Source of the DNA: Vulcanimicrobiota bacterium | GTDB taxonomy: Bacteria > Vulcanimicrobiota > Vulcanimicrobiia > Eremiobacterales > Eremiobacteraceae | Length of the DNA: 64,000 nt | Assembly: GCA_963805945.1 (NCBI GenBank) | Contig: CAWDVP010000002.1 | Span: 1 to 64,000 of the forward strand | Direction of reading: 5' to 3' | Shown: piece by piece, positions 1 to 12,479 of the stretch | Position numbering within the stretch: position 1 is the first letter of the stretch | Layout: every line of letters starts with the position of its first letter | Translations under genes and position numbers: made by a program | Notes under the pieces: model-generated | What the model was told of the DNA's origin: nothing | The model's database searches: none | The model's input: the letters and a program-made list of their open reading frames with translations, nothing else

Positions 1-18
1 CGTGGTCGTCTCGCTCGA

Positions 19-3000
19 CTAAGGTTGACGTTGACGCCGAATGAAACGCCAAACGGGGTGGTGTAGCCGATCAAGCCGTTCGTCGAGGAGAACTGCTGGT
101 ACGGATACTTCGTCCACGCCTGGATCGTCGAGTCCGGATTGTAGAAGTTGCCCACCGGCGGCACGTTGCCGGCGCGAACGCCGTACGCGCAGGTGTGGTG
201 GTCGCCGTTCGTCCATGGTTCAACCGACCCGCCGAAGCAGGTGTTGAAGATGTTCGTCAGGCCGACGTTGTACGACACGCGCGGTGTCGCATCGTACGTG
301 ATGGTCATGAAACCGGCGAACTGGCTCGGTTCCGTGAACGCACCGATCGCGTCGAACTTGCCGGTGTAGACGTTGGGGATGACGATCGCGCCCGTGCAGG
401 TCGTCGCGTCGGCCGGGGCACCAGAGCCGCCAGCCGGGTAGCGAGGATCGCCTGCGACCGTGCCGCTTGCAAGCGGTGCGCAGGTCGCCGGGTTGAACCC
501 GTTCGTCGTCTCGGGTGAGCCGTACACCTGACCTGAGTGGAACTGCAACGCGGGGATGAAGCTCCACTTGTCGTGCTTCCATTGCACGACTGCGGTCGCG
601 GCGTTCGGCGTTATGTAGCCTTGCGACGACAGTTGCACGCCCGCCGGCACGATGTCGTACGGAGCGAACGACTGGTTCGGGTTGATCGTCGATTGGGCGG
701 CCTGATTGTAGTACGGGTTAGAGGTATCGGCCGCGGTACAAACCGCTTGCCCCATGCCCGCGCTGTTGAAACACGGGAACCCATTTGGATTGGGTTGGCC
801 CACACCACTCAGGATACCGCATGGGCTGAGCGGGTTGGACGAACCCAAGACGCCAGCGCACGCGGATGTGAAGCTGTTGTATTTCTGGATGTCCTGATTG
901 TCGGAGTCGAGCACGGTGCCGCCGTTGGGCAGCGTCGAGTATTTGATCGTGCTCTTCGTGTACGTGTACGCGAGTTGTCCGGCCCAGCCGTTGGCATTGA
1001 AGTTACCGAGGTTGAGCAGGAACTCGACGCCCGTGTTGGTCTCGGCACCGGCGTTGAGGCCGGACACGAAGGCCGTCTTCGGGTCGATGAAGATCTGCTG
1101 CACCTGGTCCGTCGTCTGGCGCAGGAACGGCGTCAGCTTGAACGACGTCTGCGTGTTGGCGAAACGGTGCTCGTACGAGATGTCGTAGTTGTTCGAGATC
1201 GACGGCCGGATGATGTGGTTCGGCGTCGTGAACCCGAACTTGTAGAAGAGCGAGCCAAGCAACGCACCCGGCAGGTTCTGCTGCAGCGAGTTGTACTGCT
1301 GGAACGCAGCGTTGGCGGCCTGCGAGTAACGGCCGGCGGAGAACCGCAGGACGTCGTCCGGACCGAACGTATACGTGCCGCCGATGCGGGGCTCGATCTC
1401 GTTGTATGTGATGCTGCCGCCGTTGGCGGTGCCGTTGGAGATGGTCGCGGACACGAAGCCCGGGCCGTAGTTCGAACACGGCGAACCGGACGGCTGGTTG
1501 GCCAAGCCGACCGAAGCCGCGTTGGTCATGTCGAACGGCGAGCCGCCGTTGAACAGCGGGTTCGCGCAGTTCGCCAAGTTCCACGCCTTGAACCAGAAGT
1601 CACGCGTCCCGCCGCCCGTCGGGCTGTACAAGAACGTGTAGACGTCGTCGCGCAAGCCGAAGTTGAGGTTCAGCTTGTCGTTCGGTTTCCACGTGTCTTG
1701 CGCCGACATCGCCCAGAAGCGCGGGGTGACGGTGTTGAACGTCGCCCACGGGCCGTTCTCAGCGATCAGCCATGCGCACGGACCGTTGCACGCGGTGGCG
1801 CTCGGCGCCGGTATGCCGCCTGACTGCACGCCCGAGTAGGTCAGGACGCTCGGTCGCGGACCAGCTCCGGCCGGGTTCGGGAGGCCGGTCTGGCACGAGC
1901 CCTGGAAACCCGGGTTGTTCGCATTGTAGCAGATTCCGCTCATCGGGTTCGCCGCGCTCACGAGCACCGCGAAGCGTGGCCGCGAGCCGCCGCACCCGGT
2001 GAGGTTCGGGCCGAAGCACTGGTCCATCTGCGTGTTGTTGTCGCGCACGGTGCTCGCCGTCGAGTACGAACCTTCGACGTTGAGCAAGTGCTTGTTCGAG
2101 AGCTGGTTGACGTACTGGGCGGACAAGCCGCGCGTGTGCGTCCACAGCTCGTAGTCGCCCGGGCAGCATCCCGCGTAGGTGGCCTGCGAGGTGTTCGCGC
2201 CGTGCAAGAACCACCACGAGTAGAAGATGTAGCCGTAGAGGCGGAAGTACGAGCTCGTGCCGATGTTGCGCTGCCACTGCAGCTTGTAGATGCCCTGGCC
2301 GTTGTCGGCCGTGTCCTGATGGTTCAGCGCGATCGGTCCGCCGAGGCCCGCTGCGCCTTCGCTCGGATAGCCGTAGTTGGCGACGTTGGCGGCCTGCGTC
2401 GGATCGGCCGACGTGAAAATGCCGCCGACGCCCGGCGTGTACTGCCGGCCGCCCACGAACGTCTGACCCGGGCAGTTGACGCACGTCGCATAGTCCGTGT
2501 TGTAATACGACGGGCCGCCCCAGTCATTGATCGAGCCGTAATAGTACGTGTAGAGCAAGAACGTGTTGTAGAGGAACTGGATGTCGTCCTTGCCGGCATC
2601 ATTCTTATGCGGGATGCCGAAGTGGAAGTTGAAGATGCTCTCGCGGTCCGTCAGGTGGCCGGGTGTAGCGATCGTGAACGGGCCCATCTGGTAGCCGCCC
2701 GGACCGATCGGCAGTGCCCGAAGTACGCGTGGTTCGCGTAGCATCCTGCGTAGCTGTCGCTGGTCGCAGCGCCGCAACCCGCGACGCCCGCACCGCCGCC
2801 GTTTGGATCGACGCCGACGTCGAACGGCGTGCCTGCGGTCTGCGTGTAGCTCGCGCCGTTGCTGGTGTCGATGTAATTCGGCGCGTAGTCGACGAGACCC
2901 GCGGCGATGTAGTACGAGAAGTTACGGTTGGGCGTCGCGCCGCCGAACTCGATGTTGGCCTTGTTGTACAGGTTCGGGCCGCCGATGCCGAGGTTGATGG

Positions 3001-3764
3001 CGCCGAAACCCGGATAGGTGCCGGTCTTGATGACCTGGTTGATGTAACCGGCAAGGCCTGACGATTCAGCCGATGCGGGCGATGCGCCCGTGTACAGCTG
3101 GAGTTCCTGTTGGCCGAGCGCCGACAGATTGGTGGTCGGGTAGTTGTCGAACGACCGGTTGACCGGCACGCCGTCGAACTCATAGCCGACCTGGTCGTAG
3201 TCGCCGCCGCGGATGTACACGCTCTGGAACCAGCCGGCATTACCCGGCGGAACGAACGCGCCCGGAAGCGCGGCGATGGCCGAGTAGCCTTGGTCCGAGC
3301 TGCCGCCGCCGCCGAGCACTGACGTACGAGCCTGCGCCTTCTCGTTGACCGAGTAGACGTCAGACGTGGTGCCTGGCTTGACGAGATCGGATGACGCACG
3401 CGTGGTCACTGTGCCGATCGTCTTGATCGCGGGCCTCGCGAGGACGACGAGGTTGACGGTCTGGTCAGCCAAGATGGTGACACCCGGCTGTTCGGTCGTC
3501 TCGATCACGCCTTCTTTGGAGACGGTCACTCTATATGTGTCCGGGACCAAAGAGACGAAACCGAAGTGACCCGATGAGTCTGTTACGGTTGAAGAAGTTT
3601 GACTGGCAGAGGATGGCGGTGACCTTCGCACCTGCGATGGCTGTTCCGTCCCTGCCAGCTTAGCAACGCCATTCAAACCGCCGGAGACGCCCGCCAGTGC
3701 CCATGTTCCCTGGACGAGTATCACCGCGACGGATCAAGAAGGCGATTCTCAGCAACCCTTTCAT
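19..3764 (-). CDS. TonB-dependent receptor-like outer membrane protein with N-terminal carboxypeptidase-regulatory-like domain (frameshifted in this sequence)
   Basis: ATG at 3764 ([11 protein letters not shown]..), shift into [12 protein letters not shown] signal end; [25 protein letters not shown] domain; plug motif [26 protein letters not shown]. After a shift near 2710 a long frame ([48 protein letters not shown]..) appears to run to [11 protein letters not shown] with TAG at 19-21 one base out of frame; this frame is absent from the ORF track. Confidence 0.8.
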
Positions 3765-3969
3765 ATCTTTTGGGTTCCTTCTTAAGAGAAGCGGGTGATG
3801 CGATCTTCGCACGGTCTTTCGGCCGCAGCGAATACTGCAAAGCCGGCTTGCACTGCGAGAGCACAAACCAACTCGTCCCACATTTTCAATCTTCATCCGC
3901 CTTTAACCTTCGGTCTCCGGCGGGCGGGAAGCCCCTAAATACAGGCTCTGCGGAGCTGCGCCAAGGCCG

Positions 3970-4856
3970 TCAAACGCTGGCTGGAAGGCGCATGGCGCGG
4001 GCCAGCAGCGCCGGGATATCGGCGGGGCTGTCGGCCACGGGCACGTCGACGGCTTGGAATGCCTCGATCTTCGCCTGCGCCGTGCCGCCGCTGCCGCTGA
4101 TGATCGCGCCGGCATGGCCCATCCGCTTGCCCTCGGGCGCGGATCGTCCGCCGATGAACGCGACGACGGGCTTGGTGAAGCGTTTGCGCTTGATGAGTGC
4201 GGCCGCATCCTCTTCATCCGTGCCGCCGATCTCGCCGACGACGACCACCGCCTCGGTGCCGTCGTCCTTCTTGAAATGCGTCGAGGCAGTCGGTGAAGAC
4301 CGTGCCGATGATCGGATCGCCGCCTATGCCGACGCACGTGCTCTGCCCGATGCCGGCGCGCGTCATGCTGATCGACGATCTCGTAGGTGAGCGTGCCGCT
4401 GCGCGAGATCAACCCGACGTTGCCGGCTTTGAAGACGTGGCCCGGCATGATGCCGGCCAGCGCCGCGCCCGGCGTGATGACGCCGGGGCAGTTGGGTCCG
4501 ATGACGCGCGCCGACTTCGGCACGACCGACATGACGCGCAGCATGTCGTGCACCGGGATGCCTTCGGTGATGCAGATGATGAGCTCGATGCCCGCGTCCG
4601 CCGCTTCGAGGATCGCATCCGCCGCGAACGGCGGCGGCACGAAGATGACCGTCGCATCTGCGCCGGTCTTGGCGCGCGCTTCGCTCACGCTGTCGAACAC
4701 CGCGAACCGCTCGACCACGTGCCCGCCCTTGCCCGGCGTCACGCCGCCGACGACATCGGTGCCGTACGCGCGCATGCGGCCGGCATGATAGAGGCCTTCG
4801 CGCCCGGTGATGCCTTGCACGATGACCTTCGATTGCTTGTGCAGATAGATCGCCAC
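3970..4856 (-). CDS. sucD: succinyl-CoA synthetase alpha subunit (apparent indels near 4372 and 4285)
   Basis: [33 protein letters not shown] and [10 protein letters not shown] phospho-His motif split over ORFs 3903..4856 and 3970..4248; follows sucC. Confidence 0.95.
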
Positions 4857-4859
4857 TGC

Positions 4860-6005
4860 TTACTTCGCTATCGCCCGTGCGAGGGCGACCGCTTGACGCG
4901 CGCCTTCGTTCATGGTCTCGACCGAGATGATGCCGTTTGCCTGCAGCACCTCGCGGCCTTCCTTCTCGTTGGTGCCGGTCAGCCGGATCACCAGTTTGTC
5001 CTTGCGCCACGTGCCGCCGCTCAGCGCCTCGACCAAGCCCTTGGCGACTTCATCGCCGCGCGTGATGCCGCCGAAGATGTTGATGAAGAGCGATTTCACC
5101 TTCGGGTCGGCGGTGACGATGTTGACCGCCTCGCGCACGATGTCGGCCTTGGCTCCGCCGCCGACGTCGAGGAAATTCGCGGGCTCTCCGCCCGAGGCTT
5201 TGACCGCGTCGAGCGTGCCCATGACGAGGCCCGCGCCGTTGCCGATGATGCCGACGTCGCCATCGAGGTGCACGTAGGCGAGCCCGACCTTGCGCGCGCG
5301 CTCTTCGAGCGGATCGCTCGGCAGATCGGTCTTCCACGCCTCGAGCTCTTTGTGGCGGAAGAGGCCGTTGTCGTCGATGTCGACCTTGGCGTCGGACGCG
5401 ATGAGCCTGCCGTCTTTGGTGATCGCGAGCGGATTGATCTCGACGAGCATCGCGCCTATGTCGAAGAAGAGCTCGTACAGCTTGCCCAGGACGGTCACGA
5501 ACTGGCCGGTGACCTCTTTGGGGATGCCCGCGGCTTCGGCGACCCGCCGGCCGACGAAGGGCCAGTAGCCCATCGCCGGGTCGATGCGGTACTTGGCGAT
5601 CGCATCCGGGTGCGAGTGGGCGACCTCTTCGATGTCCATGCCGCCCATCGCCGAGGCGATGATGATCGGGCGCTTGCTCTGCCGGTCGACCGCGATGGAG
5701 AGGTACAGCTCCTTGGCGATGTCGACGCGCTGCTCGATCCAGATGCGCTTGGCGATCTCGCCCTTGATGTCCATGCCGAGGATCGCGGTGGCCGGCTCGA
5801 CGACGTCGCGTTCGTCGTTGGCGAACTTGATGCCGCCGGCTTTGCCGCGTCCGCCGACGAGCACTTGCGCCTTGACGACGCTCGGCGCCGGATTCGCGCG
5901 CATGATGGCGACCGCTTCCGCCACGGTCGAGGCCATCGTGCCGGTGGGCACCGGGATGCCGGCGGCGGCGAAGAGCTCTTTGCCTTGATATTCGAGCAGT
6001 CTCAA
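4860..6005 (-). CDS. sucC: succinyl-CoA synthetase beta subunit
   Basis: TTG start, LLEYQGKELF, VVKAQVLVGGRGKAGGI, GNGAGL, ANFLDVGGG, NIFGGITR. Confidence 0.96.
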   Translation of the reverse strand: MRLLEYQGKELFAAAGIPVPTGTMASTVAEAVAIMRANPAPSVVKAQVLVGGRGKAGGIKFANDERDVVEPATAILGMDIKGEIAKRIWIEQRVDIAKELYLSIAVDRQSKRPIIIASAMGGMDIEEVAHSHPDAIAKYRIDPAMGYWPFVGRRVAEAAGIPKEVTGQFVTVLGKLYELFFDIGAMLVEINPLAITKDGRLIASDAKVDIDDNGLFRHKELEAWKTDLPSDPLEERARKVGLAYVHLDGDVGIIGNGAGLVMGTLDAVKASGGEPANFLDVGGGAKADIVREAVNIVTADPKVKSLFINIFGGITRGDEVAKGLVEALSGGTWRKDKLVIRLTGTNEKEGREVLQANGIISVETMNEGARQAVALARAIAK

Positions 6006-6029
6006 ATTCGGTTCTCCGTCTCTACTAAT

Positions 6030-6055
6030 GGGCCGATCTAAAGATCGGCCCCTAC
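6030..6055 (-). repeat. REP-like palindrome, family A (GTAG-GGGCCGATCT-TT-AGATCGGCCC)
   Basis: Perfect 10-bp stem with GTAG foot; near-identical copy at 14732-14757. Confidence 0.8.
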
Positions 6056-6060
6056 ATCCC

Positions 6061-7248
6061 CTACACGGGGGTCCGGCGCGGCGGGCGGTCCGTCGAGGTC
6101 CGCTCATCGAGCCGGCCCAGCAGTTCGCGTGCGATCACGATACGCTGCACCTCGGACGTTCCCTCGTAGATCTCCGTGATCTTGGCGTCGCGATAGTAGC
6201 GTTCTGCCGGGAACTCTGTGGTGAAGCCATAGCCGCCGAGGATCTGCACGCACTCGGCCGCGTGTTTGCGCGCGGCGGTCGAGGCGAAGAGCTTCGCTTT
6301 GGACGATGCATCGATCACCGGCACGCCCTGGTCCTTCAGCCATGCCGCTCGATACAGCAGCATCCGCGCGGCATCGAGGTCCATCGCCATGTCGGCGATC
6401 TTGAACGACACGGCCTGGAACGCGCCGATCGGCCGTCCGAACTGAAAACGATCGAGCGCATAACGCACGGAGGTGTCGAGGCACGCCGCCAGCAGACCCA
6501 CGGCCTGGGCCGCGATGCCGAGGCGGCCGGAGCCCAGGCTCGCGAGGGCTATCTTGTAGCCACCGCCCTCGTCGCCGAGCAGCCGCGCCGCGGGGACCTC
6601 GGCGTTGTCGAGGATCAGGTCCACCGTGTCGGAGGATCGGATGCCTAGCTTCTCGGTCTTGCGGCCGTGCGTCAGGCCTTTGGTGTCGCGGTCGACCAGG
6701 AACGCGGAGATGCCCTTCGGCCCCTGGCCCCCGGTGCGCGCGAAGACGACGTAGACCTTGGCGACGCTGCCGTTGGTGACCCATTGCTTGGTGCCGTTGA
6801 GCACGTAGGCGTCGCCGCGGCGCTGGGCCGTGGTGCGCAGCCCCGAGGCGTCCGAACCGGCCTCGGCCTCGGTCAGCGAAAAGGCGCCCAGCCAGGTGCC
6901 TTCGCACATCTTAGGCAGATACTGCTCGCGCAGCGCTTCCGAGGCGAACTGCTCGATGATCCGCGTGATGAGGCCGGCGTGCACCGACACGGCGACGCCG
7001 ACGCCCGCGTCGGCCTTGCTGATCTCCTCGATGGCGAGCGCGATGCTGATCGAGTCGAGCGCCGCGCCGCCGTATTTCTCCGACACCGACATCCCCATGA
7101 TGCCGATCTCGCCGAGCTTGGCGAAGACGTCGAGCGGGAAGGCCTGCTCGCGGTCCCACTGGCCGGCGTGCGTCGCTATGTCGCGTGCGGCGAACGCCGC
7201 GACGGTGTCGCGCACCGCCTTCTGCTCTTTGGTCAGTTCGAAATTCAA
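6061..7248 (-). CDS. acyl-CoA dehydrogenase (short-chain/butyryl-CoA type)
   Basis: TTG start overlapping hbd stop (TTGA); [57 protein letters not shown]. Confidence 0.93.
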   Translation of the reverse strand: MNFELTKEQKAVRDTVAAFAARDIATHAGQWDREQAFPLDVFAKLGEIGIMGMSVSEKYGGAALDSISIALAIEEISKADAGVGVAVSVHAGLITRIIEQFASEALREQYLPKMCEGTWLGAFSLTEAEAGSDASGLRTTAQRRGDAYVLNGTKQWVTNGSVAKVYVVFARTGGQGPKGISAFLVDRDTKGLTHGRKTEKLGIRSSDTVDLILDNAEVPAARLLGDEGGGYKIALASLGSGRLGIAAQAVGLLAACLDTSVRYALDRFQFGRPIGAFQAVSFKIADMAMDLDAARMLLYRAAWLKDQGVPVIDASSKAKLFASTAARKHAAECVQILGGYGFTTEFPAERYYRDAKITEIYEGTSEVQRIVIARELLGRLDERTSTDRPPRRTPV

Positions 7249-8090
7249 TTCGCGTACCGGTAGAAGCCGCGGCCGGACTTCTTGCCCAGGTAGCCGGCGG
7301 CGACCATCTTCTTCAGCAGCGGGCACGGCCGGTATTTCGGGTCGGAAAAACCGTCGTAGAGCACCTGCATGATCGCGAGGCAGGTGTCCAGCCCGATGAG
7401 ATCGGCCAGTGCGAGCGGCCCCATCGGATGGTTCATACCCAGCTTCATCACCGTGTCGATCGCCTCGACGCTGCCAACGCCTTCCATGTGCGCGTAGATC
7501 GCCTCGTTGATCATCGGCATGAGCACGCGGTTGCTCACGAAGCCCGGGAAATCGTTGACCTCGACGGGCGTCTTGCCCAACGCCTCGGCGAGCTGTCGCA
7601 CGAGGGCGAAGGTCTCGTCGGAGGTGGCGATGCCGCGGATGATCTCGACCAGCTGCATCACCGGCACGGGGTTCATGAAATGCATGCCGATGACTTTGTC
7701 CGCGCGCTTGGTCGCCGCGCCGAGCTTGGTGATGGAGATCGACGACGTGTTGCTCGCGAGCACGGCGTTCGGCGGCGTCGCGGCGTCAAGCGTCCGGAAC
7801 AGCGCGAGTTTGAGCGCCTCGTCCTCGCTGGCGGCTTCGATCGCGATCGCAACGTCCGCGCGCGCCGTCAGATCGGCGTGAAAGGAGATGCGGCCAAGTA
7901 GCGCGTCTGCGTCGGCGCGGCTCGTCTTGCCTTTGTCCACCGCGCGGGCGAGGTTCTTCTCGATCGCCGCGCGGCCGCGGGTGAAGGCGGCCTGGTCCAC
8001 GTCGTGGAGCATGACGCGGTTGCCGGCCGCCGCGCAGACCTGCGCGATGCCCGACCCCATCTGCCCTGCGCCGACCACGAGAACATCCAT
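7245..8090 (-). CDS. hbd: 3-hydroxybutyryl-CoA dehydrogenase
   Basis: [65 protein letters not shown]. Confidence 0.93.
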   Translation of the reverse strand: MDVLVVGAGQMGSGIAQVCAAAGNRVMLHDVDQAAFTRGRAAIEKNLARAVDKGKTSRADADALLGRISFHADLTARADVAIAIEAASEDEALKLALFRTLDAATPPNAVLASNTSSISITKLGAATKRADKVIGMHFMNPVPVMQLVEIIRGIATSDETFALVRQLAEALGKTPVEVNDFPGFVSNRVLMPMINEAIYAHMEGVGSVEAIDTVMKLGMNHPMGPLALADLIGLDTCLAIMQVLYDGFSDPKYRPCPLLKKMVAAGYLGKKSGRGFYRYAN

Positions 8091-8103
8091 GATCGCCTCT
8101 ATT

Positions 8104-8129
8104 AGGGCCGAGCGAAACGTCGGCCCTCC
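8104..8129 (-). repeat. REP-like palindrome, family A variant (GG-AGGGCCGA-CGTTTCGC-TCGGCCCT)
   Basis: 8-bp outer stem sharing the GGGCCGA/TCGGCCC arms of family A. Confidence 0.55.
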
Positions 8130-8157
8130 AAAAAAAGAAGGCCGCCTTTCGGCGGCC
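8130..8157 (-). terminator. intrinsic terminator upstream of hbd
   Basis: GGCCGCC-GAAA-GGCGGCC followed by TTCTTTTTTT on the minus strand. Confidence 0.85.
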
Positions 8158-8358
8158 GATGCGGTTGTCGCGACGCGGCGCACTCTCTTTGGACTTCTTC
8201 GCTGCCCTTGCTGAGGCCGGAATTTCCGGGGAACCTGCGCTCGCCGGAAGTCTCCGCAGACCCGGCCTCGGGCGACGACGCGTCGAGGCGAAAACCGCCC
8301 TCCGAGAATAGCACCCGGTCTGTCTGGAGGACAAGCCTACGCCTGTTCGGGACTTCGA
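8130..8358 (-). ncRNA. candidate structured ncRNA / cis-regulatory leader of unknown family
   Basis: Non-coding gap with nested stems: 8161-8180 pairs with 8276-8298, 8213-8220 with 8262-8269, hairpins 8299-8330 and 8331-8346, ending in a terminator. Confidence 0.5.
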
Positions 8359-8385
8359 TATCATTTGTCCCGCACCGCGGGAATT

Positions 8386-9042
8386 TTAGAAGACCTGAGT
8401 ATACTTCGCCAAGACCGACAGCTTGAGCACGCACACCACTGCCATGAGGACGAAGAACATGAGCGTGACGATCTCGGCGCTCCAGATGACCTGGCCGTTC
8501 CACGTGCCTTGTTGCTTGGCTTTGGCGAGCGCTCCGCGCCATGGGATGATGCGCGGGACGAGGGTGGTGTACTCCGTGTACTTGGTCCCATAGGTGTGCG
8601 CCAAGAACGCTTCTTCTAAAGGAATGATCATCGCATAGACGGCGATCACCCATGCGAGGATCAGCACGATGAGCCAGAACGACTGAAAGCTCGGGATTCC
8701 GCCCGTGTACGCGATCGCGAACCCCAACGCGATGATGGCGTTGCCGAGGTAGAGCGGGTTGCGCACGAGCGCGTACGGACCCGCGGTCACGAGCTGCGGT
8801 GCGGTCACCGTCTTGTCACGGGTCGTCACGCCGGAATAGCCGACCGCCCAGATGCGCAGCAGCTCGCCCGCGAGCGCGATGCCAATGCCTAGCTCCGCGG
8901 ACAGCAGACTCGGGCGCCCGAACGCGATCAGCGCAAGCGCGACCGGCAGCAGCAGCAGGCCGCGATTCTTGAAGACTCCCGCCCGCCAATCCGGCAGGGT
9001 GCTGCGGGTGTGCTCCGGCGGGTCCCCGAGATTCTTCTTCAT
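8386..9042 (-). CDS. isoprenylcysteine carboxyl methyltransferase / PEMT family membrane protein
   Basis: GELLRIWA, LVTAGPYALVRNPLYLG, EEAFLAHTYG..Y..Y...VPR motifs; hydrophobic segments. Confidence 0.85.
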   Translation of the reverse strand: MKKNLGDPPEHTRSTLPDWRAGVFKNRGLLLLPVALALIAFGRPSLLSAELGIGIALAGELLRIWAVGYSGVTTRDKTVTAPQLVTAGPYALVRNPLYLGNAIIALGFAIAYTGGIPSFQSFWLIVLILAWVIAVYAMIIPLEEAFLAHTYGTKYTEYTTLVPRIIPWRGALAKAKQQGTWNGQVIWSAEIVTLMFFVLMAVVCVLKLSVLAKYTQVF

Positions 9043-10001
9043 CAGCCTTCTTTAGAAAGAAAGTATTCGTAGAGGTCGTGCAGCGTTTTCGAGAGCGGAA
9101 CGGTCTGTCGCCAGCCCGTGTCGCGCGCGAGGAGCGCTGCGTCTCCCACGACGATCGGGGTGTCCACCGGTCGCATGCGTTCGGGGTCTTCCCGCAGTTC
9201 GACCGGCCGGCCCACGAGGCGTCCGATCTCCTCGACGATCTCCCTCATGCTGACCGCGCGGCCGCTGCAGACGTTATAGGCGACGCCCGGCGTGCCTTTG
9301 ACGGCGAGCAGGCGATACGCCTCGACCACGTCGCGGACGTCGAGGAAATCGCGCTGAGCCGACAGGTTGCCGTGGCGCAACACCGGGGCCTGCTTGCCGC
9401 GCGCGATGTCGGCGAACTGCATGGCGAAGGCCGCGGCGGCGAACGCGCTGCTTTGGCCCGGGCCTGTATGATTGAACGAACGAGTGGCGACCACCCGCAA
9501 CCAGCCCGAGCGCGCGTATTGCAGCGCCAGCACTTCTGCGGCGGCTTTGCTTGCCGCGTACGGATTGTTCGGGCGCAGCGGTGCGGTTTCGCGCAGCGGC
9601 AGCTCTGAAGGTTCGACCGCGCCATAGACCTCTGCTGAACCGGCCGCGATGACGATCGAGCCCGCCGCCTCCGCCCGGCATGCTTCCAAAAGGTGGGCGG
9701 TGCCCATCACGTTGGTGGCCACGGTCGCCGCCGGATCCTTGAGCGACTGCGCCACCGACGCTTGTGCGGCGAGATGGTATGTGGCGTCCGGTTTGGCGGC
9801 CGCGACGACCGCGCGCAGGCTATCGGGCTCGAGCAGCTCGCCGCTGATCCAGCGCACCGCCGTGGCCGATGCGACGTCGAGCGTGTTCAGCTGGGAATGA
9901 TCGCCGCGGGTCATGCCGGTGACGTCGTCGCCCGCGTGCAGCAGCGCCCGGATGAGCCACTGGCCGACGAATCCGTCGGCGCCGGTGACGAGCGCGCGCA
10001 T
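9042..10001 (-). CDS. GDP-4-keto-6-deoxy-D-mannose reductase (Rmd-like) extended SDR
   Basis: LVTGADGFVG, HLAAQASV, NPYAASKAAAE, RSFNHTGPGQ, GNLSAQRDFLDVRDVV; directly downstream of gmd. Confidence 0.75.
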   Translation of the reverse strand: MRALVTGADGFVGQWLIRALLHAGDDVTGMTRGDHSQLNTLDVASATAVRWISGELLEPDSLRAVVAAAKPDATYHLAAQASVAQSLKDPAATVATNVMGTAHLLEACRAEAAGSIVIAAGSAEVYGAVEPSELPLRETAPLRPNNPYAASKAAAEVLALQYARSGWLRVVATRSFNHTGPGQSSAFAAAAFAMQFADIARGKQAPVLRHGNLSAQRDFLDVRDVVEAYRLLAVKGTPGVAYNVCSGRAVSMREIVEEIGRLVGRPVELREDPERMRPVDTPIVVGDAALLARDTGWRQTVPLSKTLHDLYEYFLSKEG

Positions 10002-10975
<974 letters not shown>

Positions 10976-11024
10976 GTCCGCCTTTTCGGCACGACGTGGG
11001 GGCGCGGCCTTGGAGCGGCCGTGT

Positions 11025-11930
11025 TTATTCTACCGCACGCCGTTCGTTGCCGTACGCGACGACGCCGATGCCGGCCAGCGCGACGAAGCCGCCGAGCGCG
11101 GTCGCGAGCAGGATTGGCTGGTGCAGGAAGCCACAGCGCGAAGACGCCGCCATCGAGCGGTTGCGCGAAGAACGACACCGCGACGACCGCCGCCGGCATG
11201 TGGCCGAGCGAGTACGACACGAGCGTGTGGCCGATGACGGTCGCGACCAGCGCGAGTCCCACGCACAACAGCAGATCGTGCGGCGATACCGCGATGCGCG
11301 CGCCGCTCACACCGACCGCGGCCCACACGAAGAGCGCGCACGACGCATATACGCCGAGCGCATAACGCGGTGCGTCGACGCGTTGGCGGACGTGCCTGCC
11401 GAAGAGCAGATAGCCGGTCTCGGCGAGCGCGGCGAGCATCGCGAGCGCGTCGCCGAACAGCGCCCGCCCGACAACGCAGGTCATGCCAGCCGACGATCCC
11501 TATGCCGACGAGCCCGATCGCGACGCCGGCTAGCATGAGCGGCGTCGGACGTCGCGCAGGAACGCCCACGCCAGCAGCGCGACGAAGATCGGCTGCGTGC
11601 TCACGAACAGCGCGGCGCTCGCGACACTGGTGAACTGCAGGCTGATCGCCCAGATGACGAGATCGAGCCGAACAGCAAGCCCGCGCCCGCGGTCGCCCAG
11701 AGGTCGGCGCGCGAGAACACCGCGCGCGTCTGCGACGCGCCGCCGCCACGCGCGACCAGCGCGACCGGCAGCATGAAGAGCGCCGCGAGCAGCATGCGAT
11801 ACGCGACGACGGTCACGACGGGCGCGCTCGCGAGCGAATAGAAGATGCCGGCCATTGAAAGACCGGCGATGCCGACCGCGAGAAGCGCGTACCGCGTAGG
11901 AGTTCCGCGATCGCGCGACGCGACCGCCAC
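11025..11930 (-). CDS. DMT/EamA family permease (several apparent indels)
   Basis: Hydrophobic segments over three frames: [81 protein letters not shown]. Confidence 0.75.
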
Positions 11931-12447
11931 TACGTGTGCGTGTGGCGCAGCGCGCGTTCTTGTTCGCGCAGCTCCTTGCGATGGCGATAGCGCAGCTCGG
12001 CCTGGCGGTAGCGGAGCTTCTCCTCGTCCGTCTGCGCGAGGACGGGCGGCGCCTCGACAGGGTTGCACCGCTCGTCAAGCGCGACGAAGATGAGCAGCGC
12101 GGTGCCCGCTGACGCACCTCCCCGGTGGACAGCGTCTCCGCCTCGATGCGGACGCCCACTTCCATCGAGGTGCGATGCGTGTAGTTGACCGAGGCCTTGA
12201 GCACGACCATGTCGCCGACGTGCACCGGGCCGAAGAAGTCGAGCCGGTCGACCGCGACGGTGACGCAGATCTGCCCGAATGGCGGATCGCCGCGGCCGCC
12301 GCCGCTTGATCGACGAGCTTCATGATGACGCCGCCATGCACGTTGCCCATCGGATTGGCATCGGCAGGTTCCATCAGGGTGGCCAAGGTGGTCGGCCGAG
12401 GCGGCCGCCGGCTTCGGCGCCAGCTCCGGAAGCGACTTTTTCAGCAC
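11930..12447 (-). CDS. acyl-CoA thioesterase, hotdog (YciA-like) (apparent indels)
   Basis: MEPADANPMGNVHGGVIMKLVD, VTVAVDRLDFFGPVHVGD, VNYTHRTSMEVGVRIEAE. Confidence 0.88.
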
Positions 12448-12479
12448 TCATCCTGCCGCGGGGTTCGCCGGGGCGGTCC

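Noticed and set aside
537..2741. Long + strand ORFs (537..1823, 2088..2741) and similar antisense ORFs elsewhere (4293..6041, 24226..25776, 28154..29767, 33903..35435)
   Set aside because: Shadow frames opposite real genes, caused by high GC3 codon bias; Arg/Val/Ala-rich with no family motifs.
3770..3900. Small hairpins in the TonB receptor leader as a cobalamin or other riboswitch
   Set aside because: Three short stems are present but no B12 box, TPP or other recognisable aptamer motif and no terminator.
8130..8358. Assignment of the leader RNA to T-box, SRP, RNase P or tmRNA
   Set aside because: AAAGAGAGTGCGCCGCG lacks the UGGN of a T-box; no SRP helix-8 motif; GAAGTCC-like words are not in RNase P order; no tRNA-like ends or tag ORF ending AA-stop.
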